From: Atractiella rhizophila | Lineage: Eukaryota | DNA length: 64,000 bases | NCBI GenBank assembly: GCA_021432655.1 | Contig: MU271395.1 | Span: 1 to 64,000 of the forward strand | Direction of reading: 5' to 3' | Part shown: positions 51,782-63,274 of the stretch, piece after piece | Numbering within the stretch: the stretch's first letter is position 1 | Layout: each line of letters begins with the position of its first letter | Made by a program: the position numbers and the translations under genes | The notes under the pieces: model-generated | The model's input: the letters and a program-made list of their open reading frames with translations, nothing else | Database searches by the model: none | Told to the model about the DNA's origin: nothing

Positions 51782-52674
51782 ATGGCCTCACTCTCGACCA
51801 AACGCTCCTACTCAGCTCTCTCTAATAACAGCATAACCCCTACCCCTCCAACTACAAGTAAAGTCCCTTCCAATCCTGCCTCGCCGGGCTTGGGAGCAAC
51901 AGCCTCTTCCCCGTGGTTAACGTCGAGCACCGCTCACCACCCGAATACGTTGAAGAGCAAGATGTCAGCCACCTCCCTCAGGTCCATCCCCGAAGGCGCT
52001 TACCTGCCCAACGAAGCCTCAGCTGGCGGAAGTCCGCTCTCTCCTTCCGCCTCGTACCAGTCATTGTCGTACGAGAACCATCCCTTTGCCAGACCCCGGG
52101 CTGGTATCACACCTGAGCTTTCGTCAGGCAGTTCCTCCAGCCGGGCTAGTAGCAGCCTTTTCAGCCCAAGCAGCGCTGTGAGGAGCAGTGTTCATTCCAC
52201 GGATGGGGAAACCGACGATTCGCAGAATCTTAATAAGAGAACCGTCTATTCAGATTGGATCCCCCCAGCTGGATCACAGCCCTCCTCCGTTAATTATCAC
52301 AGTCAAGAGGGTTCTATCGGCGAGGCGGAGGAGGCTCGTCAGGATGGCACTGGCATGGTCGGTCTTGGTATCACCTCGGATGAGGCGGTGGAAAAGGCAG
52401 ATGATGGCCAAAGAGTTTCTGCTCAACGGAGAAGGGGTTGGTCGTTGTCCCAGACGGGGGGGATGACCGCTTTGGATATGAGGAGAGCAAGCATTCGCGG
52501 TGGATTATCTCAACCACAGCTCAAGACATTGCAAGCTAGGTTGGAGAAAGCCGAAGAGCAAGCTTTAGGGAAATCTGGATATATTCCGGTCCCCTCATCG
52601 AATCTGCAGCCCCTTTTATCTCCTTTCGTCGAGATGCCGAACGAGAAAGAGTACGACTTCCCGCCGACGATCCC
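51782..52674 (+). CDS. 5' part (with start codon) of the LRR-RhoGEF gene, ending at the scaffold gap
   Basis: ORF MASLSTKRSYS... Its segment 52007-52674 is nearly identical to 56836-57503. Confidence 0.8.
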
Positions 52675-52699
52675 NNNNNNNNNNNNNNNNNNNNNNNNN
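52675..52699. other. Assembly gap (25 N)
   Basis: Run of n in the sequence. Confidence 1.
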
Positions 52700-55190
52700 A
52701 TTTGTATGGGCACGGATAGGCGCCAGGTACCGCCAACTTCTATCCTTGACCACCTTGTAAGTCCTCGAATGGAAGGGGACCACGAGTTACCCGAGGTAGA
52801 GGACCCTGTGGGTGTTGACCTGTTCCGTGATGATACAGAGGCTAAGGAAGTCAACCGAAGGCTGAGGAAAGCTTTAAAGACTTCTACCCTTCAGCACGTT
52901 CTATAGTTCGATGTAGTTATTAGACCTGGGCTTCTTCATAAGACTTCAGATATTTCACGAGCTCCTGTAGAAGGGAGCAAAGTATGGATACAAACTTTCT
53001 CAGAATAGCCTGAATCTCCTCCGGCACTAGTTCGCCCACCGCCTACCCACATCGCTCTGAGCCAGCCTGCTTCTTCTGCTTCTTCTGCTTCTTCCGCTTC
53101 TTCTGCTTTTTCTATTGCTACTATTGGTGCTACTAAGACGCCTCCTCCTCTTTCTTCCACTTCTACCACCCCTTCTTCGCAGTCGCGGTGGAGGACGTCG
53201 AGGTCGAGCGTTTTCGGAGCCGCCAAGCCGGGAGCGCGTAATAAAGCTTCCTTCTTGTTCATCTCATGCCAGAGGCGGTAACCCTGGAGTTTATACAGTT
53301 CTTTCGACGAGTCCGCCTCCAGAGGCTACACCCACTTATAGGAAGTCTACCGCAAGTGCGTGCCGTCAAACGGTTGAAAGGTTGACATAGCGAAGCGCCC
53401 TAGTGCGAGTTTCAGTAACAGTTCGAACGCTTGTAGGATGAGTGCGGCCTTTTCGGCTGTATACTACCCCCTTTTACCGTGCATCTCCCATACTCCTTGC
53501 TCCGGTAGCAGAGCTGACCATAGATAATAATGCTTCTTCTCTTGTAATGCCTCTCGTTCAACTCGAAATCTGCCCGCCACCTACTCCAATCAAGAAAGGA
53601 AGGCATAAGATATTCGAACACAGTCACGATTAATCGCTTGACTTTTCGGACTTCTAATAGGTGTCTCGCTGTGCCGTCGTCACTACCGGCTCATGCGGAA
53701 CGCTCCCAGACAGAAAGAGGAGAGAAGGGAGGAATGGAGGGAGTTTGACACATGTCACTACCTGGCGATTTGGTTGGGGACCCTTCACACCAGTGGTTTT
53801 TGTCCCCTCTACGTAGCGGAAGGGATTGATGTTAGTTGTGACGCAGAGAAGAAAGAGAGAGTAGCTGGGCTGGTTTGGTCCTGTAGCGTTTTATAACCAG
53901 AAGAAGGAGCAGCTAGGATGATTTCTATTTCAGGGACTATGGAGGTAGCAGGGTGGGGTCGTTCGTCTAACCATATGGGGGCTTCTTAACTTCCTCCAAC
54001 CTCCTGTTGCTTTCCGAAGCTTTCTCCTCCGTATATTCACCTCCGACCTCAACTACCTACTCGCATCGCTGAAACACGTGTTCTTGCTACTCAACCAAAA
54101 ATTACACCCAAAGTTATACACACTCGTAACTCGCGACGCAACCCGCCAACTTAGCTTCAACTCGTAAACTGGTACACTTTGGACTACCTAATTCAGAACA
54201 TGACAATCTGTTGTAGAACCCTTTATTTAATGTTACGCATAGTAAGACAGTCGGTTTTTCGTTGAACTAGTTAGTTCCTGAAGTTAGAAGCAAGGAAAAA
54301 AGGGTTGAGGTTAAGGAGGAGATCAAGGCAAGAGTGGAGGTCGGTGAAGACGACGAAGGTTGGTAGATTTTGTGGTTCCTTTTTGAGCTGAAAGAAAGAG
54401 AGGGAGAGGGAAAAGAGTAGATGGTAGGTCGAGGTATAGAGCGGGTTAGGAGACGCACGCGCAAGGAAAACGAGCTCATTAGCCATCTCCAGCCACTCCT
54501 CCTCTACCTCGTCGACTAGAAGCCACTAAACACGATACCTCGCCTTCCTCCTCTACCGCTTAAAATCTCTCGGTACCTCCCACGCCAGCCACCTCCTCTT
54601 CTCCTTCCCTCGCTCACCCGCGTCCTCCCCTCCCTCCCCCTCCCTCTACTCGCCACCTATATTTGTATTGTGTTAGACAGGTGGCGTCAGCCAGTCATTC
54701 ACGAAGCTGCACCATCGTTCCTTCTTCATGTTATGCATCTCCTATAACATACAATTTACTCCTCGGAGCGCAAGGTTTTAGCGTAGGTAAGGAAGTCCGC
54801 TTCTCAACCTGCGAAGGGAAGAAATAGCAGTTGGGTGGTTCCGAGGTTAAGGAGGGAGAGGAGAGGTCTTCGAAGGCGTTGAGGAGGAGGGGCCGACTCA
54901 GAGGACTATCGTAAGCGAGGGTGGAGAGGGAGAGGAGGAAGCTTTCGTAAGGATCTTCGAGGAGGAGTCAAGGGGGGATAAAGGTGGAGAGCGAGAAGAG
55001 GTAGCGGAAGACTAGGGCTTAGGCTCTTCGCAGGAGCTTAAAAGAAGTTCTATAAGTAGTAGCGGTGGAAGAGGAGAAAGCAGGAAAACGGTAGCAAGAG
55101 TTAAAGGGCGCGATAACTTAGAGCTATCTTTAAGAGACTCGTGAACTCTACAAAGAGAGGGAACTTTGTTCGCTCTCTCGTCATCCCCTT
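52700..55190. other. Degenerate TpA-rich, CpA/TpG-depleted tract (hypermutated repeat or dead element)
   Basis: Reading frames are broken mostly by TAA/TAG, TpA is in excess and CpG is retained. No transposase motif was recognised. Confidence 0.6.
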
Positions 55191-55784
55191 ATACGATAGG
55201 GTAAAGTGACGGATGGACAAGATTTAGGACTTGATTGTCCGAACGCGGATGCCAATCCTTCTCAGATTCTGGAAGATCTTCGAGTGGGCGAAGGGAGGAG
55301 ATGAGGGCGGAGCGCGTGGCGGAAGGTATCAACAAATCGCTCTGCCAGATCCCGTCGATACAGGAAACCTCAATGCCATCTTCGGCTCGAAGTCTGTCGT
55401 ACTCCTACGGAAACAGATGAGACAACTTACAAATCAAAGAAAAGAACGAACCTCCAATTCCTTTAGCACCCAGTCGACGGCTGCAGCGCTTAGCTTTCGC
55501 TTGATGTAGGCTACAGGTATCTCTTGTTCTAAGGCTTCCTCTTTCCACTTCTCGCGGATCGTCTCGTCCTTGTATTTCTGTGTCACAAGGGTTTCAGTCT
55601 GGAACCGTTCTTGTGAGAGAGGTCTTACCTCCCACCATTGCGGTTTGGAGCGAATTGAAGCAGACAAGAAACACATCCTCAGCTCAGTGGTCGAAAAGAG
55701 TGAGTTAGATCCCCCAGTGAAGGGGTTTGGATATTCCTTCGGCGCATTTGGGCCGCTTGGGTCTTCATCCGAGTAGTCTGACAT
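55189..55784 (-). pseudogene. DUF4246-family gene, 5' half only
   Basis: ELRMCFLSASIRSKPQWWEKYKDETIREKWKEEA..AVDWVLKEL..GIWQSD..LEDLPESEKDWHPRSDNQVLNLVHPSLYPIV, then TAA where the family has YG, and no recognisable continuation. Confidence 0.8.
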
Positions 55785-56454
55785 CGCAATCAATGAGGTG
55801 CTGATTCTGGGATCTTCTCCCTTTTAAGGACACACAAAGAGAAGGATGAGTCCTATGACTGCTGTTGAGCGGACGTTCGGCTGAAGGAGCATGTTGCACT
55901 ACTATGCGCGTGGACTTACTGCTGTATAGTTCAATATTGAAACAAATCAGAGCAGACGTTGCGCAGAAGACGCGAAGTAAGTCTTGATTGCTGTTTGAAC
56001 CAGGGAGTTGACAATTTGTCGACTATGAACTGGATCAATCAACACAATTTTAAGGTAATGTTAATGTTAAAGCGCTATATACCTAGTTTTTATGAACCCC
56101 TCCAACTTATCGATGGGAAGGGACAAGCGATCTTGGAAGTAAACTTGAAGTGATGGAGTTGGAAGGGAGAACTACCAAGTCCGGAAATTTGGTGGGCGGA
56201 GTGGGACAAACTGCCCTGGTGTAACTCTTGTGCTGTCAATATCAATTAAGTCTTACTGCTCAGCAAGTTGTTTTGAGTGTTTTGACATTCGATTTATTTC
56301 CTTGCCTAGTATGTATGGTGAACGTTGCAACTGCCGATTCGGCGAACTGCCATGCCATCTCCGAAGTGAGGGATGGATGCGATTGTGTTTCGTGTTGTCT
56401 AAAACCTGCAATTACAAATAATCAGATTGTACTGCAGCGTGAATGATCAATCAA

Positions 56455-56790
56455 TCAATCAAATCGTTGTATATGTGGAAAGGCTGGTTAAAACCATCGA
56501 ATCCGAATCGTGCTTCTGCCTGACTTCACTTCTTTCATCCATCAACTTCAACCTCCACTGCTCCTTCGAAACCTGTCTTTGTCTATCAACCTCCTTCAAC
56601 TCTTCCGGAGTATACTTATACTAATCCTCCTGCTGAGTAGGAATGATGGATGTATCAGGACTTCGGTCGCTGTAGGATCGACAAGGAAGAAGACCAAATG
56701 TTATATAGTCGAAAATGGGAAAGGCGATACATCTTCCCTCTTTGGTCATCACGCTTCTGAGAGGCTGTTTGAGTCGGCCATCCCTGTGAC
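56455..56790 (-). pseudogene. Frameshifted 3' remnant of a DUF4246-family gene
   Basis: RDGRLKQPLRSVMTKEGRCIAFP, HLVFFLVDP, DTSIIPTQQED* and KEQWRLKLMDERS lie in shifting frames and match the family's C-terminal motifs. Confidence 0.7.
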
Positions 56791-56835
56791 TGGAGTGTAA
56801 GGAGGAGGACGGAGGAGAAGGGGGTGCGAATTTTA

Positions 56836-59800
56836 CCCAACGAAGCCTCAGCTGGCGGAAGTCCGCTCTCTCCTTCCGCCTCGTACCAGTCATTGTCGTA
56901 CGAGAACCATCCCTTTGCCAGACCCCGGGCTGGTATCACACCTGAGCTTTCGTCAGGCAGTTCCTCGAGCCGGGCTAGTAGCAGCCTTTTCAGCCCAAGC
57001 AGCGCTGTGAGGAGCAGTGTTCATTCCACGGATGGGGAAACCGACGATTCGCAGAATCTTAATAAGAGAAATGTCTATTCAGATTGGATCCCCCCAGCTG
57101 GATCACAGCCCTCCTCCGTTAATTATCACAGTCAAGAGGGTTCTATCGGCGAGGCGGAGGAGGCTCGTCAGGATGGCACTGGCATGGTCGGTCTTGGTAT
57201 CACCTCGGATGAGGCGGTGGAAAAGGCAGATGATGGCCAAAGAGTTTCTGCTCAACGGAGAAGGGGTTGGTCGTTGTCCCAGACGGGGGGGATGACCGCG
57301 TTGGATATGAGGAGAGCAAGCATTCGCGGTGGATTATCTCAACCACAGCTCAAGACATTGCAAGCTAGGTTGGAGAAAGCCGAAGAGCAAGCTTTAGGGA
57401 AATCTGGATATATTCCGGTCCCCTCATCGAATCTGCAGCCCCTTTTATCTCCTTTCGTCGAGATGCCGAACGAGAAAGAGTACGACTTCCCGCCGACGAT
57501 CCCCCGCAAGGCGTTGGCGAGGTCCAACACCAATCCACACACCACTACCCTCTCTACTCTCTCGAGCGAATCGCAGCGATTGTCGTCCTACTCAGGCAAC
57601 TCGTACGAGCCTTCATATACCTCGTCTCGCGAGCATCATGCAGACGGAGAAACGGATGATGACGACGACATTGATCCCTATCCACCAATTGACCACCTCC
57701 CAAATATTGACACGGAGAACTATAGCCTCGAAGTTCCTGTGCTCAAGCATGGAGTGATCAAAGCAGAACCCACTGCTGTGGTTGTCGCAGAGGAGGGTAG
57801 AGCCGTCATCGCCGACAAATCTGGAGAGTCTCTGTTTGGGGTTCGTTTGACTGATGGTACTGTTCCTCTCTTACATGCTTTTTCCGTGTGCTAACGTTCT
57901 TACATAGGCACAACGCATTTGCTGCTTCGTCACACACAAACACCTGATTTGGTCATTCCTTGCTTGATGGATGCTATTCCTTTGATCACTCAAACCCTAC
58001 TAGTCTTAGACATTTCGTAAGTGTCTAACTCTTCCGGGCACTGGATCTGACCCAATCCCCTAGCTCCTGTCAGCTTCTGGAAGTCCCCAAGATTCTTTCG
58101 TCCTGCCAGGCTCTTGAGGAGCTAAATGTTTCTTCAAACCCACTCGACTGCCTGCCATCTTTTCTCAACAGAATTACTTCTCTGCGAGTTTTGATGGCCG
58201 ACAAATGTGGACTGATCACTCTTTACAACGACCTCAGCGACCTCCAGAATCTCCATACCATCTCACTCAATGACAATGCACTCAGAGCTCTTCCAGCCTG
58301 GCTCTGTCAACTAGCATCTCTAGAGCATCTCTTCTTGGACGGAAACGCGTTCCAGTCGGAATGGCAGAAACTAATCAGACCCGTTCTACTGAGGCGAGAC
58401 GAGCGCAGTAACTCGACCAACACGGATTTTGCCTCCTTCCCTAGCTCTAATACGATGTCATCTGCTTCCTCCATCTCCGACGGTTCGATTTCTCAGGGCG
58501 AACAATCGCCTCCACCTTCTTCTGGTTACCTGGAAAAGCCTGCTTCACCAGCTCGAAGTCGATTGATGTCGTTTGGTCGAGCTAAAGCCCGTCCTGAGCT
58601 ACCTTCTGTCGCGTCGAGCCCATCCATAGAGAGGATGCCTGCACCGCAGCCGAAAAGAATGAGAAGTTACGGTGATATGGACCTCAATTTGTCTACGTCC
58701 TCTGTCGGCAGCTCGCCCCGCGAGTCCATGATTGAAGTCAATTCTCAACTCAGCTCAGGGGCTAACTCTCCCATCGCGCCAAGCGCTTCGATACGCTCCC
58801 TCAACAACTCGATCCCGTCTACTCCGTCTCCTCTCGCTAGCGTGCAACCAATCACATTCGAAGGGGACGAGGGCGATAAGGATGGGAAAAAGCGAAAGTG
58901 GGGCTTCCTCAAGAAGATGAGTATGACCACAATGAACAAGCATCCAGAGCCTCGTTCAGCCAGGCCGCATCGACACAACGATGAAGGTCGAACGGCGTCC
59001 GACTCATCTAGCTCCTATCCTCGTTCTGCCAGAGGAAATGGCTCTTTGCTTGGTCGTCCAAGAGCAGGGAACAGAAATTCACAGCTGATCGTGGAAGAAA
59101 CAAAGACTTTGAATAAACGTCGAAGTTTCCTCCTCCTGCACAACAACACTAGAGCTGTCACCCCAGAGCCAGCAACTCCCGACGCTTCTTCAGATAGCAA
59201 TGTGGTGGATTACAAAGCTGGACTGAAAGCCATCATTGCTTATCTACAGGATCTCAATGATCTGACTCCAGCTCCTGGAGGACCAGTTCACCGCAACACT
59301 CAGGCATCAGCCTCATCGCCAAACCTTTCCGCATTGGCCTCAGGTAATGCGTCCCAGCCTTTGCTAAGGAATCCTTCTTCCCGTAGAGGCACGGATGCTA
59401 TGGGCTCTTTCGACAGCTCCGGAAGGTCCACGCCAACGCCTAACGAAATACAAAAGGAACCAGCGATCAAATGCAAGGAAGATGCAGCACGTAGGGAGAA
59501 GATTCTCGAGGAAGTGCTCAGTAGCGAGCGCACCTATCTTCGCCAACTGAAAGAAATGGTGGATATCTACGTAAAGGAGGCCGAAAAAGAGGTTGCAGTC
59601 AGTAGCACTGGCAAGAAAGAGCCTGTGGTTCCGATCGCAGAGAGACGAACCATATTCGGCAACATCGACAACATCATTCACTTCCATGAGTCTGTCTTTT
59701 TGCCGAACCTCGAATCAGCGGTGGAGATTCTGTTTATAAAGCGTAAAGCGGGCGATACAGTCGATACAGCCTTCATTCGTTTCATGGCGGACCAGGTCGC

Positions 59801-60990
59801 TCGCGTCTTTACCCAACATTCTGCCTTTTTCAAGTGCGTATACCACTTCGCTCCGTTTTGTGCTCATAGTGATCACAGGCTCTATGCTCCATACATCAAC
59901 AACTTTGATCTGGCGCTGTCCCGTTTAAAGGCGTGGAATGCCCCCAAGTCTCCGCCGCCACCGACATCTTCCAGCAGCTACAGCATGGCAAAATCTGTTT
60001 CGTCAATGGGTGCGGCTGTCAGCTTGGGGATGTCGGGCATCACAGAACAGAACAGCAGCATGCCGTTGTCTGAAAGTCAGAAAAAACGACTCAAGGGATA
60101 CTTGAAAAAGTGCAAAGCTGATCCACGTCACACTCAAGTGTCGTTGGAGAGCTACCTTCTACTTCCCGTTCAACGCATCCCTCGGTACAAACTCCTCCTC
60201 GAGAACCTTCTGTCTTGCACTCCAGTGGACAACAAATCACTGATGCCTGACCCAGTCATCAAGGAAGCTGCTGATATCATTGCAGAGATCACTGCTGACA
60301 TGAATGAGAGAAAAAGGGAGAGTGAATCACGACATCGATTAGTGAGCACGTCGCAATTCTGCTAATCTTGGTTAATGTGTTTCTTCAGCTCTTCTGGCAA
60401 CAGCGTATTCGCAATAGATTCCGCTCACCGCTCGTTCAACCCCATCGACGGATGATGAAAGAGGGCACAGTCGTACTTATGAGGGTGCTAAAACGAAGAT
60501 CGCAATACGTTGATGTTGGGCAACAGTCCTCGGCCGGGGACGTGAACTCCAATTCTGGGACCCTCCCAAGTGGCGAGCGAAGCCTTATACAGGTCAACTC
60601 GTTGGAAGTGGAAACTGAAACTAGACGTCTGGTATGGCCATGGAACCTATTGTGACTTATCTCACGTCGGAGATAGATTGCCCTCTTGTGCAGTGACATT
60701 CTTGTTCTGTGCAAAGAGCCAGAAGATGGAATGGATGGCACTGGTCCCGTCGATCTCTACACCGTCATTCGTCTCAGTCCCACTCCGGGGGTTAAGTCAG
60801 TTCCAGCTAGCATGTTTGGCCCAGCTGGTTCCAGTATGAATCTCATGCCATCTAGCGTATCGCGCAAGCTAACTCTGGTCTCACAGTGATCCGCTTGGTG
60901 GATAGCCGAGCGATTTTGTACCTCAGCTGTCCTTCCCATGCCGAAGCTCTCACATGGGTCGAGTCGATCAATCTTCAGATGCAATCGTAA
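56836..60990 (+). CDS. Leucine-rich-repeat + DH (RhoGEF) + PH protein; this copy lacks its 5' end
   Basis: LRRs LEELNVSSNPL, LHTISLNDNALRALPAWL and LEHLFLDGNAF. DH domain RREKILEEVLSSERTY..IFGNIDNIIHFH..YAPYINNF..LESYLLLPVQRIPRYKLLL. PH-like LVQPHRRMMKEG..EALTWVESIN. Confidence 0.88.
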
Positions 60991-61753
60991 TTTAGAACTC
61001 CCAATCTCCCATTTCTTTCAACTTTCAGTAAAGCATCTAGTTGTTTCAGATCCAAAGCAGCTCTAACGGCCTGTTCAATTCACACATCAGCAGATATCCT
61101 TTTGTATCAACAGCTTAAAACATCCGATCTTCAAAATTCTTGATTATTTGAGAAAAAACATAGATGATATACTCTTTGGTTATTCACCTTCGGTTTTCAG
61201 ACTATAGTACCAGTATATCCATCCCTGTTCTTGTTTACTCTGTGTTGCGCTACACTCTTTCCTCCCATTTTAGTTTCTGTGGGCTCAGTTGAAACCATAT
61301 ACTATTGGTCCTGAAGTTGTCCACATATATATTCATTCCGTCTTACACTTTCTTATTTCAAGATTGATACTTACGTTCCTTTTTGTTGTTCGATTTAGCT
61401 GTATTCCTCCAAAAGAGGATTAACCTTCTCTCTCCTCTCTCTCCTCTCTTGAGTACGCTGTTGACTCGCAACCCAGTCGTCCTTCACTTCTTCCATCCAC
61501 TCTCCCAGCTTCAGTCCATCATTTATTCGACTCTTTTTCAGGTGATGTAGTTGTCTCTCTTTCGGGTGCATGAGATGCAATCAAATCAAGTTCAAAAATC
61601 GAGCTTCGAGCTTGGAGAGGAAGAACTGGAGAGAGTGGAGTGGAGATCGTAGTCATACATTAACATGAGGCTCCCTCGAAACAAAATGGGAGACACGGTG
61701 ATTTGTTATTCCCAAATATGTGGTCAGTTTCTGACAACATAACGATCCTGCCT

Positions 61754-62482
61754 TTAGCAACAGGAGGCTCCCACCTCTTGGACTTCTGCTTGGCCTGTGA
61801 GAGTGTCTCTGGCGAATGTAAGATAGCCAAATCCAGCGCCTTAGTGCAAATGTCAACTTGGAGTACGGTAAAGAGAAAACGGACGGACCGAAGAATATTG
61901 CGAAGAGGATGATGACGTTAAAGTACATCCCCAAAAGCATGAGAAGGAACGCAACCGTGAATTGGACCGTGAACAAGAATGCACGGATTGAGTGCTCGAA
62001 AAGCGTTGGCTCGAATGTGATCACTGATGGGAGATTGCTGTCCCTTGTTGCGTTGAAAAGCTCAGTCCTCATGCCACCACAGAAGGAGAAGCTAAAGCTC
62101 ACCGCTTGTTGAGGGAAGTCACGGAAGATGAATCCTTCACGACGGCTGAGGTGGCGTTCTTCTTCTTTCGCACGATGTAACGATCGAATTCCCTCATCGA
62201 TCGCCGAACGCCTTCGACGAGGAATGCCATGAGGAAGATACCGATGAAGGTAAAGGCAAATGCAGCTGTGATCTGTCAGCATGGGATGTCTGCTTGAATG
62301 CATTGCGCACTTTTGGAGCGAATATGCCAATCTCGCGAGAGGAAGCAGGCGTCCTCGACGTACCAGTTGAACAGCATGCTAATCTGTTATCGTCACAATC
62401 AATGAGTAATTGACGCTGTAAATACAGTTGTGGGAAGACTCACTTTGCAGGCATGGCCGCTTCCGTCACCACCCATATCCAT
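61754..62482 (-). CDS. Ctr-family high-affinity copper transporter (Ctr3/Ctr4-like)
   Basis: Spliced MDMGGDGSGHACKISMLFNWYVEDACFLSRDWHIRS, TM2 MxxxM motif (LLMLLGMYFN), GxxxG in TM3 and C-terminal CC. Confidence 0.92.
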
Positions 62483-62670
62483 TTTGCTACGTGAGAATTT
62501 GAGAACTGAGAATTGAGAACTGCAGGAGAGGCTGGAGAAACTGTCAGGAGCTTCTGGAGATTGCGCATGCAAGAGGGCCTCTTTTATGGCCAAGTCGAGA
62601 AGGTTGGACGCTCCCGGATCAAGTCAGAACATCGATGTTCCCATCGTTGTTCCGAAACGGAGCTAGCTGA

Positions 62671-63274
62671 TGAGCAAACAATGAATGGAAGGAACGGAGG
62701 AGCATAGTCCTCCCTGCTCCCGTTGAGAGAGGCAAGCAAGTTGTAAAATATCCAGTCTATCATTCGAAATTAGAGCAAGAGCAAAAATGTCTCTCATCTC
62801 AAAGAAACAAGAGGCCTTTGTGCTATTGGAATATCTAATGAAAACTGCACCGCCATCCTGATGAACATCTCCTCTTATCAATGGGTTACATATCATATGA
62901 CGGGCAATTTATCGGCAACTCTACTTGGAGAGCAGCAGCCCCGTCACGATCCGTTGTGCGCGCTTCGATCTCATAAGCCATAACTTCTTTCGTTAGTTAG
63001 ACTTGTCCATTCCGTCCTTAACCCAGATGAAGGAAGGGAGAAAGAAACTGCAAACACTAATTGGAGGTGACATCCTATGGCATATTCTATAGCTGTGGAT
63101 TGAGCTTGAGGCCACCGCAAAAATCGCGCAGAGGGTCTTCTGCTGCATCCGCCCACTGCAAGCATACGGTGCATCTTCCAACATTTGGCGAGAAGCCTAA
63201 CCGTCAAAAGGAAAAGCATACATCAACGCCGAATGACAGAGAAAATGCAAACCTTCTTTCTCCCCTTTTGCTCA
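62671..63274. promoter_or_regulatory. CuRE-like motifs (TTTGCTC) upstream of the Ctr gene
   Basis: TGAGCAAA at 62671-62678 (TTTGCTCA on the minus strand), GAGCAAAA at 62779-62786 preceded by GAGCAAGA, and TTTGCTCA at 63267-63274. Confidence 0.6.

Larger units (their letters stand above)
52007..57503. repeat. Near-identical ~668-bp copies (52007-52674 and 56836-57503; offset 4829) flanking the gap and an unrelated block
   Basis: About 4 nucleotide differences: TCCAGC/TCGAGC, ACCGTC/AATGTC, GCTTTG/GCGTTG. Confidence 0.95.

Noticed and set aside
51782..52906. 374-aa ORF running across the N gap
   Set aside because: Artefactual fusion through Ns. The true continuation is at 57504 onward.
56826..56845. 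TTAC at the block junction suggesting a Starship-type target site
   Set aside because: Only a 4-mer. It does not align as a clean direct repeat with the empty site, and no tyrosine-recombinase captain is visible.
61395..61580. 61-aa ORF downstream of the Ctr gene
   Set aside because: Short, derived from a CT-rich tract, and without motif support.
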